This document shows, piece by piece, positions 10,340 through 19,272 of a DNA stretch of 64,000 nt (the first letter of the stretch is position 1; each line of letters begins with the position of its first letter). The translations under genes were made by a program, and so were the position numbers. Under the pieces are notes generated by a model. The model was not told where the DNA came from. It was given only the letters and a program-made list of their open reading frames with translations, and made no database searches. The stretch is from NCBI GenBank assembly GCA_040769065.1, contig JAXGLU010000001.1, positions 1,479,218 through 1,543,217 of the forward strand, read 5' to 3'. Origin of the DNA: Bacteroidales bacterium (lineage in GTDB: Bacteria; Bacteroidota; Bacteroidia; Bacteroidales; VadinHA17).

Positions 10340-10822
10340 TCAATCCTGAATCTCTTCGTATAATGGTATGACCATAAGGTATTCGAATGTGTTCCCGATG
10401 TGATCCACTTTGCAGGCATAGTTGACCATTCCATTTGTCACAACAATATAAGGGAGTTTTAACTCCATGTTGTACCTGACTATCTGGTCAAAAACGCCTT
10501 CATTGATTGCTGTTTCCGGCGATTTGCATTCAACCATCATAACGGGCTCTCCTTTTCGGTTGTGTATAAGAATATCTATTCTCCTTGACAGCTTGTTCTG
10601 AAGGAATCTGTGCTCCACTGCTATAAGACCGGCAGGATAGCTTCCTTCCTGTACAAGATATTGAATGAAATTCTGTCTGACCCATTCCTCAGGTGTCAGT
10701 TTTACGTATTTCTTCCTGATGGGATCAAATATCAGTTCAGCGTTTTCATGCTGTTTTATTCTGAATGAATATGAAGGCAGATTAAGCTGTATCAAGTTAG
10801 TTTTGTATTTTAGCCTTAACAA
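10340..10822 (-). CDS. Stand-alone type I restriction enzyme HsdR N-terminal-like (PD-(D/E)xK fold) domain protein
   Basis: 160 aa. The pattern EEWVRQNFIQYL ... RIDILIHNRKGEPVMMVECK ... YIVVTNG matches the HSDR_N-type nuclease-fold family. No helicase or methylase partner lies nearby. Confidence 0.7.
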   Translation of the reverse strand: MLRLKYKTNLIQLNLPSYSFRIKQHENAELIFDPIRKKYVKLTPEEWVRQNFIQYLVQEGSYPAGLIAVEHRFLQNKLSRRIDILIHNRKGEPVMMVECKSPETAINEGVFDQIVRYNMELKLPYIVVTNGMVNYACKVDHIGNTFEYLMVIPLYEEIQD

Positions 10823-10856
10823 ATATATTGAGATAATTCAAGGAGGGATCAATAAA

Positions 10857-11627
10857 ATGAAAACCAAAGAAGAAATTGTTAATAACTGGCTGCCAAGATA
10901 TACCGGAAAGAGCTTAGATTCCTTAGGCAAGCACTTTCTGCTAACGAATTTCCTGCATTATGTGGAACTTTTTGCCAGCATGTATAATGTTGAAGTGGAA
11001 GGAAGAGACAAGAACATGCCAAATGCAACAGCCGACGGAATTACCATTCTCAATATTGGAATGGGCAGTCCCAATGCAGCTACCGCCATGGATCTGCTCA
11101 GTGCCGTGACTCCCAAAGCAGTGCTTTTCCTTGGGAAGTGCGGGGGTCTGAAGAAAAAAAACACTCTGGGTGATCTGATCCTGCCTATAGCCGCTATCAG
11201 AAGCGACGGAACATCAAATGATTACCTCCCCCTTGAGGTTCCGGCTCTTCCGGCGTTTAAGCTGCAAAGTGCCATCTCGGCCGCTATAACCAGAAATAAC
11301 AAAGAATACTGGACAGGAACTGTTTACACAACAAACAGAAGGGTGTGGGAATATGACGACCGGTTTAAGAAATACCTTGTCAAGACCAGAGCAATGGCCA
11401 TTGATATGGAAACAGCAACTATCTTTACCGTGGGATTTGCGAACGAGATCCCTACGGGAGCCCTGTTGCTCGTGTCAGACCAGCCGATGATCTCCACAGG
11501 CATCAAAACAGAAGCCAGCGACCGTCTTGTAAATGACAAGTACGCCGAAATGCATCTGACAATTGGCATTGATGCTTTGAAGGAAATAAAAGAAAATGGA
11601 ATATCTGTAAAACACCTCAGATTCTGA
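10857..11627 (+). CDS. AMP nucleosidase-like / PNP-UDP family nucleoside phosphorylase (short form)
   Basis: GMGSPNAATAMDLL, FLGKCGGL and MAIDMETATIF are typical of the phosphorylase-1 fold. Start moved from 10665 to ATG 10857 (MKTKEE), because the long version overlaps the divergent gene. Confidence 0.8.
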   Translation: MKTKEEIVNNWLPRYTGKSLDSLGKHFLLTNFLHYVELFASMYNVEVEGRDKNMPNATADGITILNIGMGSPNAATAMDLLSAVTPKAVLFLGKCGGLKKKNTLGDLILPIAAIRSDGTSNDYLPLEVPALPAFKLQSAISAAITRNNKEYWTGTVYTTNRRVWEYDDRFKKYLVKTRAMAIDMETATIFTVGFANEIPTGALLLVSDQPMISTGIKTEASDRLVNDKYAEMHLTIGIDALKEIKENGISVKHLRF

Positions 11628-11630
11628 CTT

Positions 11631-12641
11631 ATGGTTACTTCTTATGAGGATATTATTTCGGATCTGAAAAAAAGGATATTCAGGCCGGTTTATTTTCTGG
11701 CAGGAGAGGAACCGTATTATATCGACCTCATAACAGGCTTCATAGAAGACAATGTACTTACTGATGCAGAAAAGGCTTTTAACCAGATCATAATCTACGG
11801 CGACGACACCTCTGTACCTGCCATTATAGAAATCTCAAGGCGGTTTCCGATGATGGCCAGCCATCAGGTAGTTATTGTCAGGGAAGCTCAGGTGCTCAGG
11901 AAAATTGACGACCTTCTGAATTACATAGAAAAGCCGCTTCCATCAACTATACTGGTCATAAACTACAAGTATAAGGTTCTTGACAAGAGATCAAAGCTCT
12001 ACAAAGCGCTTAAAACCCAGGGAGTATATTATGAATCAGCAAGGTTGCGCGATTACCAGATTCCTCCCTGGATTGAAAGATATCTGATGTCAAAAGAAAT
12101 TAAAATTGATCCTTCTTCCTCGGAAATGCTTAATGATCACCTTGGAACAGACCTTCATAAGATAGTTAATGAACTGGATAAACTGCTGATCACACTTCCT
12201 GCAGGCAAGAAGGTAATCACAACCGATCTTATTGAGAAAAACATAGGCATCAGCAAGGATTATAACAACTTTGAGCTTCAAAAGGCTGTCGGGGAGAAAA
12301 ATATTGTGAAGGCGAATATGATCGTCAGGTATTTTGCAGACAATCCCGGGGATAATCCCATCGTCCTTACAATAGCATCGCTTTTTGCTTACTTCAGCAA
12401 ACTGCTTACTTACCATTATCTGACCGACAAGTCGAGAAACAATGTTGCCGCGGCACTCAGGATAAATCCTTTCTTTGTAAAAGACTATGAACTTTCCGCA
12501 TCGAAATATAATATTTCAAAAACAGTGCAGATAATCAACCTCCTTCGCACTTACGACATGAAATCGAAAGGATACGGCGACCTGAGCACTGAGCCGGGCT
12601 ACCTGCTGAAGGAGCTTGTTTACAAGATCCTTCATATCTAA
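11631..12641 (+). CDS. holA: DNA polymerase III subunit delta
   Basis: 336 aa, with N-terminal PVYFLAGEEPYYIDL and overall delta-subunit layout. Confidence 0.8.
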   Translation: MVTSYEDIISDLKKRIFRPVYFLAGEEPYYIDLITGFIEDNVLTDAEKAFNQIIIYGDDTSVPAIIEISRRFPMMASHQVVIVREAQVLRKIDDLLNYIEKPLPSTILVINYKYKVLDKRSKLYKALKTQGVYYESARLRDYQIPPWIERYLMSKEIKIDPSSSEMLNDHLGTDLHKIVNELDKLLITLPAGKKVITTDLIEKNIGISKDYNNFELQKAVGEKNIVKANMIVRYFADNPGDNPIVLTIASLFAYFSKLLTYHYLTDKSRNNVAAALRINPFFVKDYELSASKYNISKTVQIINLLRTYDMKSKGYGDLSTEPGYLLKELVYKILHI

Positions 12642-12746
12642 ATGCCTTCAGGCACAACATGGTCTGTTGCCATCGGCACGGCTTAGCTCAGGAAAAGTAA
12701 AACGGGAATGATGACTAATAAAGCCGGTGACTATGCCGGATGAAGG

Positions 12747-13337
12747 TTAATTCATTTCGGGCGATTCGGGAAAATCAGCCCACATCCTGTACTTGTTCTT
12801 GAATGAGCGGAGAACTCTTTTCCAGCCCTCGTCTCCCCTGCTATTCATGACAGTATCCGATTTCACCTTGGCTATGACCCATGAATTCTCTTTCAGCTCG
12901 CGTTCGAGCTGACCGGCCGACCAACCAGAATAACCCAGGAAAAACCTTATCTGATCATTTCTTATAACGGATGCTCTTATTAATTCTCTTATCGCATCAA
13001 TATCTCCTCCCCAGTAAATATCGTCATCAACAAGTACGCTTTGGGGAATGAGATGACCCAGCTTGTGAAGATAATGAAGAGTATCGGGTGATACCGGACC
13101 ACCCATGTTCAGGTTTTCCTCCCACCCTTCAAAACCGCTGATTGCATCAGACATCTTTATGTCGAGCTTCTTATTTAGTATAAACCCCACCGATCCTTTA
13201 ACATCATGATCAGTAAGATAAACTATGCTCCGGTTAAAAAAAGTGTCGGGAAGAAAAGGCTCGGAGATAAGAATCTTCCCCTTTTCAGGTATCTTGTCCT
13301 CCGGCAGTATGGCAAAAAGATCCAGTTCCCGTTTCAT
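12747..13337 (-). CDS. YqgE/AlgH family protein (UPF0301)
   Basis: LISEPFLPDTFFNRSIVYLTDHDVKGSVGFILNK and GGPV...L.YLH are characteristic of the family. Confidence 0.85.
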   Translation of the reverse strand: MKRELDLFAILPEDKIPEKGKILISEPFLPDTFFNRSIVYLTDHDVKGSVGFILNKKLDIKMSDAISGFEGWEENLNMGGPVSPDTLHYLHKLGHLIPQSVLVDDDIYWGGDIDAIRELIRASVIRNDQIRFFLGYSGWSAGQLERELKENSWVIAKVKSDTVMNSRGDEGWKRVLRSFKNKYRMWADFPESPEMN

Positions 13338-13484
13338 ATTATCAATAATAATGATGCCAATTTACATATTTTTTGTTAATCAGAAATAACTAATGCCTGA
13401 ATGAAATTTTTATAAAAAACCAAACCAGAACACGATTGTAATTGAATAAAATGATATTTTTGAGCCGTTTTGTAAATTTGCATA

Positions 13485-15248
13485 ATGCAAAAAAGTACTC
13501 TCCGTATCATTGACAACAAGGTTGTACTCAACATCCGGGAAAGGATGTGCGAAACGCCTGAGGAATTACTCTCCAGCGAGAAGTTCAGGTCAGTCCTGAA
13601 CCATTGCCTCCAGCACCTCAAGAAGAAGAATTCTCCCCTTCTCAGAATCTTCGGCTCAGGGCAAACCTCCGAATCCGGTATTAACGACCTGGTAAAAACA
13701 CTATCTCTTCTTGTCAAATATGAAGGGAATGTGGTCCCGCATATATTTGACAAGTCAGCTGGTTTTCTCAGTGAACCTTATTTACTAAACAGTTTCGTTG
13801 AATATTTATATGATTACTGGCGCCATTTCGACCGCTTCATCATAAATGATTCAGAAGGTGACCGGCTCGATAAGAGGCCCTACAGGACATTCAACGAGAC
13901 CATAGAACAGCTGACCCATCTTATTAGAACCGTTTACAGGCATATACAGGAAAATATTACGGGAAGCCATCCCAATGTTTACAGGCAGGTGAGGGCAGGC
14001 GCTGAAATGGCTGTGATTTCGCTGCCTAAAGACATTCCCTATCCGGATGAGAAATACAAAAAGCTTAACTCCATACCTGTTATCAGGCAGATACTTATTT
14101 ATCCCCCGCTTGTAATACAACAACCTATGAACAAACGCACGGGACAATTCAAAAAGGTCTCGGCCAATCCTTTGGATCTCGCATCATTCAACCCTGACGA
14201 CTGGTTATGTTACCCGGCCAGGGTGGGAAAGCTGGTGATAATGGTATATTTTCACCTTACTTTCCTCGAGCTGGGCCTTTCGATGTGCAACCTCTTCCAG
14301 CTTGCCGATGATACGGATCTAATTAAGAAGCCCGATGCCGTGTTCATTTATGGTTTCCAGGGTGAAGAACTTGATTCCTTATCGGATTTTCCGACCGTTT
14401 TCTTTGACGACGAAAAAAACAGGGTGTTTATCGGAGCAGTTCCGGGAAGGAAAGAGTTCGGATATTTCGGTTATCTGAAAAAAATGATCCTTACGCTTCA
14501 TAATTCAATAATAATGAAGTCTGGAAACATGCCCTTTCATGGTGCCATGGTTAAAATCCTCCTGCAGGATAACAAAGAGGCTTGTATATTGATGATTGGC
14601 GATACCGGTGCAGGCAAGTCAGAAACGCTCGAAGCATTTCGTGTGCTGGGTGAAAAACACATCCGCGACCTGATAGTAATTGCCGACGACATGGGATCGA
14701 TAGAACTCGACAGCGACGGGTTCCCAGTGGGTTACGGAACCGAAACAGGGGCTTTTCTAAGACTTGATGACCTTCAGCCTGGTTATGCATTTGGTCATCT
14801 TGACAGATCAATAATCATGAATCCCAACCAGGTCAACTCAAGGATAGTTATACCGGTAACATATTTTGAAACAATAGTGCAAGGACATAAGATCAACTAT
14901 ATCCTTTATGCCAACAATTACGAAGAGGTTGATGAAAACCACCCTGTAATTGAAAGGTTTTTTTCAACCGGTTCCGCACTTGAGGTTTTCAGGCAGGGTA
15001 AAGTAATGAGCAAGGGAACAACCACCTCTTCGGGGATAGTTAATTCATATTTTGCGAATATCTTTGGTCCTCCTGAATATATGGAGGTTCATGAGAGCAT
15101 TGCCAAAAGGTATTTTGAGTCTTTCTTCGGGAAAAATGTATTTATTGGCCAGATGAGAACCATGCTCGGTATTCCCGGTTACGAAACAAAAGGTCCTCAG
15201 GAGGCAGCATTAGGCCTTCTCAAAATAATCGGGGTTTCATCCGTATAA
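13485..15248 (+). CDS. Uncharacterised 587-aa protein with a C-terminal HPr-kinase/PEPCK-like P-loop domain
   Basis: Long clean ORF. The motif block FHGAMVKILL..ILMIGDTGAGKSETLEAF...LIVIADDMGSIEL parallels the HprK C-terminal core (HG..., G-SG-GKSE, ADD). The N-terminal ~330 aa have no motif I recognise. A TAaaTTTG box sits at about 13468-13475. Confidence 0.6.
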   Translation: MQKSTLRIIDNKVVLNIRERMCETPEELLSSEKFRSVLNHCLQHLKKKNSPLLRIFGSGQTSESGINDLVKTLSLLVKYEGNVVPHIFDKSAGFLSEPYLLNSFVEYLYDYWRHFDRFIINDSEGDRLDKRPYRTFNETIEQLTHLIRTVYRHIQENITGSHPNVYRQVRAGAEMAVISLPKDIPYPDEKYKKLNSIPVIRQILIYPPLVIQQPMNKRTGQFKKVSANPLDLASFNPDDWLCYPARVGKLVIMVYFHLTFLELGLSMCNLFQLADDTDLIKKPDAVFIYGFQGEELDSLSDFPTVFFDDEKNRVFIGAVPGRKEFGYFGYLKKMILTLHNSIIMKSGNMPFHGAMVKILLQDNKEACILMIGDTGAGKSETLEAFRVLGEKHIRDLIVIADDMGSIELDSDGFPVGYGTETGAFLRLDDLQPGYAFGHLDRSIIMNPNQVNSRIVIPVTYFETIVQGHKINYILYANNYEEVDENHPVIERFFSTGSALEVFRQGKVMSKGTTTSSGIVNSYFANIFGPPEYMEVHESIAKRYFESFFGKNVFIGQMRTMLGIPGYETKGPQEAALGLLKIIGVSSV

Positions 15249-15300
15249 ATATGTCGGATGAAACCACACATAACTGAAAAAAAAAAAAACGGAAATAGCA

Positions 15301-15522
15301 ATGTTTCTGAAAGTACTGATAACAAGTATTATAATCCTCATTCTTTCCATTGTTTTTCTTGGTGTGAGAATATTGCTCAAAAAGAACGGGCATTTCCCCG
15401 AGACTCATGCGGGTCACAACAGGGAGATGCAGAAAAGAGGCATAACCTGTTCGAGGAACACTGATACAGGATGCACTCCTGTCAGACATTCTTCAGCCTG
15501 CTCGTCATGCGGAAAAAGATAA
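15301..15522 (+). CDS. Small single-TM, Cys-rich membrane protein (73 aa), function unknown
   Basis: N-terminal hydrophobic helix LKVLITSIIILILSIVFLGV, a basic stop-transfer LLKKNG, then a tail with 4 Cys (C..C..C..C, ending CSSCGKR). Preferred over the overlapping 15258..15464 ORF, which lacks protein-like features. Confidence 0.55.
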   Translation: MFLKVLITSIIILILSIVFLGVRILLKKNGHFPETHAGHNREMQKRGITCSRNTDTGCTPVRHSSACSSCGKR

Positions 15523-15578
15523 CAATCTGATAGTCTGATAATACCGAAAAAACACCTGAGATTCAACCAGCCGTCACA

Positions 15579-16607
15579 TTAGTTTTCTTCAGATTCAGAG
15601 ATAAACCTGTCAAGGCCTTCCGATGACCATGTTCTGAATTCCCCGGTCTCATCGGAATAAATAAGATATCCTTCAAATTCCGGTTGCTCATTCAGAAAGC
15701 TGATACTTTTATCAAGTCCCATTACCATACATGCGGTTGCAACTGCATCGGCTGTAGCACAATCTCCTGCCAGTATTGTTGCACTTAGGAGAGTATGTTT
15801 AACAGGATACCCTGTTGCCGGATCAATCGTATGAGAGTATTTTACACCGTTCTCTACGAAAAACTTACGGTAATTGCCCGATGTTGCAAGAGATCGTTCT
15901 TTCAGGCTTATAACAGCCTGCAGCTTGCCTCCGGGTGAAAAGTTATAATCAGCAGGTTTGTCGATGCCTATTCTCCACATCACACCCCCTTTATCACCCT
16001 TGACCCTTATCTCTCCCCCTATCTCAACAAGATAACTTTCAACACCCAGCCTGTCTAAATAGCGACCGACAACATCAACCGAAAAGCCCTTTGCAATTGC
16101 ATTGAAATCAAGAATTATATCCGGGTCTGCTTTTACGAGTCTGTCTCCTGAAATTTTTACTTTATCCATTCCAACTAGCTTCATCAGGCTGTCACGTTTC
16201 AATTCGCTGAAGTTTTTCATGCCATCAGGGCCAAAACCCCAGGCTTTTACCAAAGGTCCGACTGTAACGTCAAAACATCCATTAGTCAGTTTTGTAATTT
16301 CCTCTGCCTTCCTAAATACTTCAATAAAAAATGAATCTATTTCGACATCCTCGTTGCGGTTAATTTTTGAAACAATTGAAGAATCCTGGTAAATAGAGAG
16401 GGACATATCAAATTCATGGAGGAGATCCTCAACCCCGGTCTTCACTGTCAAAGGAGTCAGCTTGCCGTCATTCTGGAAGATGATGCTATAGGTCGTTCCC
16501 TGCACGAAACCGCTAAAACTGTCATAGACGGGATTTTTGGTTGCGCATGATACAATGGCTCCGAAAAGTATTCCGGAGAGCAGGAACGAATTAATCTTAT
16601 TCATCAT
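15579..16607 (-). CDS. apbE: FAD:protein FMN transferase ApbE (lipoprotein)
   Basis: Signal peptide with lipobox-like IVSC. ApbE motifs AIAKGFSVD, ATSGNYRKFF and YSHTIDPATGYP. Lies immediately downstream of nqrF. Confidence 0.92.
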   Translation of the reverse strand: MMNKINSFLLSGILFGAIVSCATKNPVYDSFSGFVQGTTYSIIFQNDGKLTPLTVKTGVEDLLHEFDMSLSIYQDSSIVSKINRNEDVEIDSFFIEVFRKAEEITKLTNGCFDVTVGPLVKAWGFGPDGMKNFSELKRDSLMKLVGMDKVKISGDRLVKADPDIILDFNAIAKGFSVDVVGRYLDRLGVESYLVEIGGEIRVKGDKGGVMWRIGIDKPADYNFSPGGKLQAVISLKERSLATSGNYRKFFVENGVKYSHTIDPATGYPVKHTLLSATILAGDCATADAVATACMVMGLDKSISFLNEQPEFEGYLIYSDETGEFRTWSSEGLDRFISESEEN

Positions 16608-16608
16608 A

Positions 16609-16699
16609 ATATAATTATTATTTCAATGGCCTGATGGAACCCACATGTTTGAAAATTATATAAATACATGTTTGTGGATGCAACACATGTGGGTTTCAT
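16609..16699 (-). repeat. Copy B of the ~90-nt hairpin-containing leader module (inverted relative to copy A)
   Basis: Its reverse complement aligns with 7669..7758. Same 11-bp arms. Ends 1 nt before the apbE start codon and starts 16 nt after the nqrF stop. Confidence 0.8.
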
Positions 16700-16714
16700 C
16701 CTATTATGGTTTAT

Positions 16715-17968
16715 TTATATCCCGAAGTCATCAAATGAAATGTTTTCATCCGGTATTCCAAGATTGTCAAGCATATTAATTACAGCATTATTCATTACCG
16801 GTGGACCGCAAAAATAATATTCTATATCCTCCGGCTCATCGAGTTTGCTCAGATAATTGTCATGCAGTACCTGATGGATAAATCCGGTAAGGCCTTTCCA
16901 GTTATCCTCGGGCAATGGTTCAGAGAGTGCCAGATGGAATGTGAAATTCGGGAATTCTTTTTCGATATCCCTAAACTCATCCTCATAAAAAACTTCTCTA
17001 AGTGATCTTGCCCCATACCAATACGACACTTTACGCCTGGTTCTGAGTGTACGGAAGAGATGGAATATATGTGATCTGAGAGGCGCCATGCCTGCTCCTC
17101 CTCCTATGTATACCATCTCATTACCGGTATCCTTAATATGAAACTCTCCATAGGGACCTGAAATAAATACCTTGTCGCCTGGTTTTCTGGAAAAGATATA
17201 GCTTGAACAGATCCCGGAGGGAACGTTCATGAACTTTTTTTTCACATTATCCCAGGGAGGTGTAGCTATTCTTATATTCAGTTTTATAAGATTCTTTTCG
17301 GCAGGATAATTAGCCATAGAATATGCACGAAATGTCTCCGAGGTGTTCTTACCCTTAAGATCCCACATATTATACTTATCCCAGTCGTTTTTATATTCTT
17401 CTTCAATCAAAAAGCTTCGGAAACTGGTTTCATATTTCGGAACATCGATCTGGATATATCCACCGGGTTCAAACTCCAGCGCTTCACCATCCGGTAGTTT
17501 TACAACGAATTCTTTAATAAATGTGGCCACATTTCTATTGGAAACCACCTCACACTCCCATTTTTTGATTCCCAGTACCGATTCGGGGAGCCTGATCTGT
17601 ATGTCCTGCCTTACCTTTACCTGGCAACCAAGCCTCCAATGGTCCTGCTGTTCTTTCCTTGTGAAGAATCCCGTTTCTGTAGGGAGGATAGATCCCCCTC
17701 CCTCCAGCACCTGGCATTTACACATACCGCATGTACCTCCTCCACCGCAGGCAGAAGGAAGATAAACACCATTGGACGTGAGAGTTGACAGCAAGGTTGA
17801 GCCGGGTGTAACAACCAGATCCTTGTCGTTGATACGCAAGGTGACATCTCCTTTGGGTATTAGCTTGTCACGGGCAAAAAGAAGCATTGCCACCAGTAAC
17901 ATAATAATCAGGAAAAATACAATCAGGCTGTATAGAAGGGTGCTTAAAGTAGTAACCGCCAATATCAT
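16715..17968 (-). CDS. nqrF: Na+-translocating NADH:quinone oxidoreductase subunit F
   Basis: N-terminal TM helix, 2Fe-2S motif [19 protein letters not shown] motifs RAYSMAN and GGGAGMAP. Confidence 0.95.
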   Translation of the reverse strand: MILAVTTLSTLLYSLIVFFLIIMLLVAMLLFARDKLIPKGDVTLRINDKDLVVTPGSTLLSTLTSNGVYLPSACGGGGTCGMCKCQVLEGGGSILPTETGFFTRKEQQDHWRLGCQVKVRQDIQIRLPESVLGIKKWECEVVSNRNVATFIKEFVVKLPDGEALEFEPGGYIQIDVPKYETSFRSFLIEEEYKNDWDKYNMWDLKGKNTSETFRAYSMANYPAEKNLIKLNIRIATPPWDNVKKKFMNVPSGICSSYIFSRKPGDKVFISGPYGEFHIKDTGNEMVYIGGGAGMAPLRSHIFHLFRTLRTRRKVSYWYGARSLREVFYEDEFRDIEKEFPNFTFHLALSEPLPEDNWKGLTGFIHQVLHDNYLSKLDEPEDIEYYFCGPPVMNNAVINMLDNLGIPDENISFDDFGI

Positions 17969-17982
17969 GATGAAAGTTTTTC

Positions 17983-18600
17983 TTATAGTTTAATTCCCAT
18001 AAATCCCATAAAAGCTATTGCCATTAGTCCGGTAACAATGAAAGTAATACCTAAGCCTCTTAGTGGATCCGGAACATTGCTATATTTAAGTTTCTCTCGT
18101 ATTGCTGCAATGCCTGCGATGGCCAGCAACCATCCAACTCCTGATCCTGCACCGAACACTGTTGCCTCGGCTACATTGGCGTATTCCCTCTCCTGCATAA
18201 ACAGTGATGCACCGAGAATTGCACAATTCACTGCGATAAGCGGCAGGAATATGCCAAGTGAATTATAGAGTGCGGGAGAATATTTTTCAATCACCATCTC
18301 GACAAGTTGTACAATGGCAGCTATAACGGCAATGAAGACCATGAAAGTCAGAAAGCTGAGGTCAACATCAGCAAATCCTTCGCCCAGCCAGACAAGAGCT
18401 CCCTTCTTCAACAGGTACTTTTCAATAAGGAAATTAACAGGGACAGTTATTAACAACACAAAGACAACCGCTATCCCAAGACCTATTGCTGTCTTAACGG
18501 TCTTTGAAACAGCCAGATACGAACACATGCCCAGGAAAAAGGCAAATATCATATTTTCGACAAAAATCGATTTTATGAAAATATTAAGCAGATTTTCCAT
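17983..18600 (-). CDS. nqrE: Na+-NQR subunit E
   Basis: 205-aa polytopic protein of the NqrD/E-RnfA/E type, in canonical operon position. Confidence 0.9.
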   Translation of the reverse strand: MENLLNIFIKSIFVENMIFAFFLGMCSYLAVSKTVKTAIGLGIAVVFVLLITVPVNFLIEKYLLKKGALVWLGEGFADVDLSFLTFMVFIAVIAAIVQLVEMVIEKYSPALYNSLGIFLPLIAVNCAILGASLFMQEREYANVAEATVFGAGSGVGWLLAIAGIAAIREKLKYSNVPDPLRGLGITFIVTGLMAIAFMGFMGIKL

Positions 18601-18612
18601 AATTCTTATCTC

Positions 18613-19266
18613 CTATTTCTTTTCTACAAGACTCCTGTCACGACTTCTCTGGACCCATATGATAATTCCGATAATTATTAACGCCATTGGCGGAAGTATC
18701 ATCATTCCGTTATTCTCATACCCGATAGTGTATGCTCCTGTCAACTTCAAAACAGGGTAACCCAACAAAGTCCCTGATCCCAGCAATTCCCTGAAAAAGG
18801 CAACAACAATCAGAATGAGTCCATACCCCGCCCCGTTTCCAATGCCATCGAGGAATGATGTCCAGGGTTTATTTGCCATTGCAAATGCTTCAAGACGGCC
18901 CATTAAAATGCAGTTCGTAATGATAAGGCCAACAAAAACCGAAAGCTGTTTACTGACATCGAAGGCAAATGCCTTTAGTAACTGGTCAACAATTATAACC
19001 AGCGTGGCAATTATCACCAACTGAACTATTATCCGGATTCTTTCGGGAATATATTGCCTTAAGGCAGCTACAACAAAATTCGAAACAGCTGTAACGATAA
19101 CGACTGACAATGCCATCACCAGTGCTGGTTTCAGCTTGACTGTAACCGCAAGAGCTGAACAAATTCCCAGAACCTGAACTGTTATGGGATTGTTCCTGCC
19201 AAGAGGTTCTTTCAAAAGCTGAAGGTTCTTTGCCGAAAACAACGGCTCTTTTGTTTGATTGCTCAT
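18613..19266 (-). CDS. nqrD: Na+-NQR subunit D
   Basis: 217-aa polytopic protein of the NqrD/RnfE type ([17 protein letters not shown]), in canonical operon position. Confidence 0.9.
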   Translation of the reverse strand: MSNQTKEPLFSAKNLQLLKEPLGRNNPITVQVLGICSALAVTVKLKPALVMALSVVIVTAVSNFVVAALRQYIPERIRIIVQLVIIATLVIIVDQLLKAFAFDVSKQLSVFVGLIITNCILMGRLEAFAMANKPWTSFLDGIGNGAGYGLILIVVAFFRELLGSGTLLGYPVLKLTGAYTIGYENNGMMILPPMALIIIGIIIWVQRSRDRSLVEKK

Positions 19267-19272
19267 ATGTTT

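Noticed and set aside
10665-10856. N-terminal 64-aa extension of the nucleosidase ORF in the track
   Set aside because: The extension overlaps the divergent HsdR_N-like gene and is hydrophobic junk. The conserved protein starts at MKTKEE (ATG 10857).
12676-12740. tRNA-like D-arm string GGCTTAGCTCAGG after holA
   Set aside because: There is no matching acceptor stem, anticodon arm or GTTCRA T-loop downstream, so it is not a tRNA.
7669-16699. Reading the inverted repeat pair as a dedicated invertible (shufflon-type) switch
   Set aside because: No tyrosine or serine recombinase gene lies in or next to the segment, and its content is housekeeping. Inversion remains possible via homologous recombination, but a programmed switch is unsupported. 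The repeats are kept as a finding on their own merits.
17343-18760. + strand ORFs of 140, 76 and 148 aa inside the nqr operon
   Set aside because: They are antisense to nqrF/nqrE/nqrD, whose identities are strongly supported. Their composition is S/P/T-rich and not protein-like.
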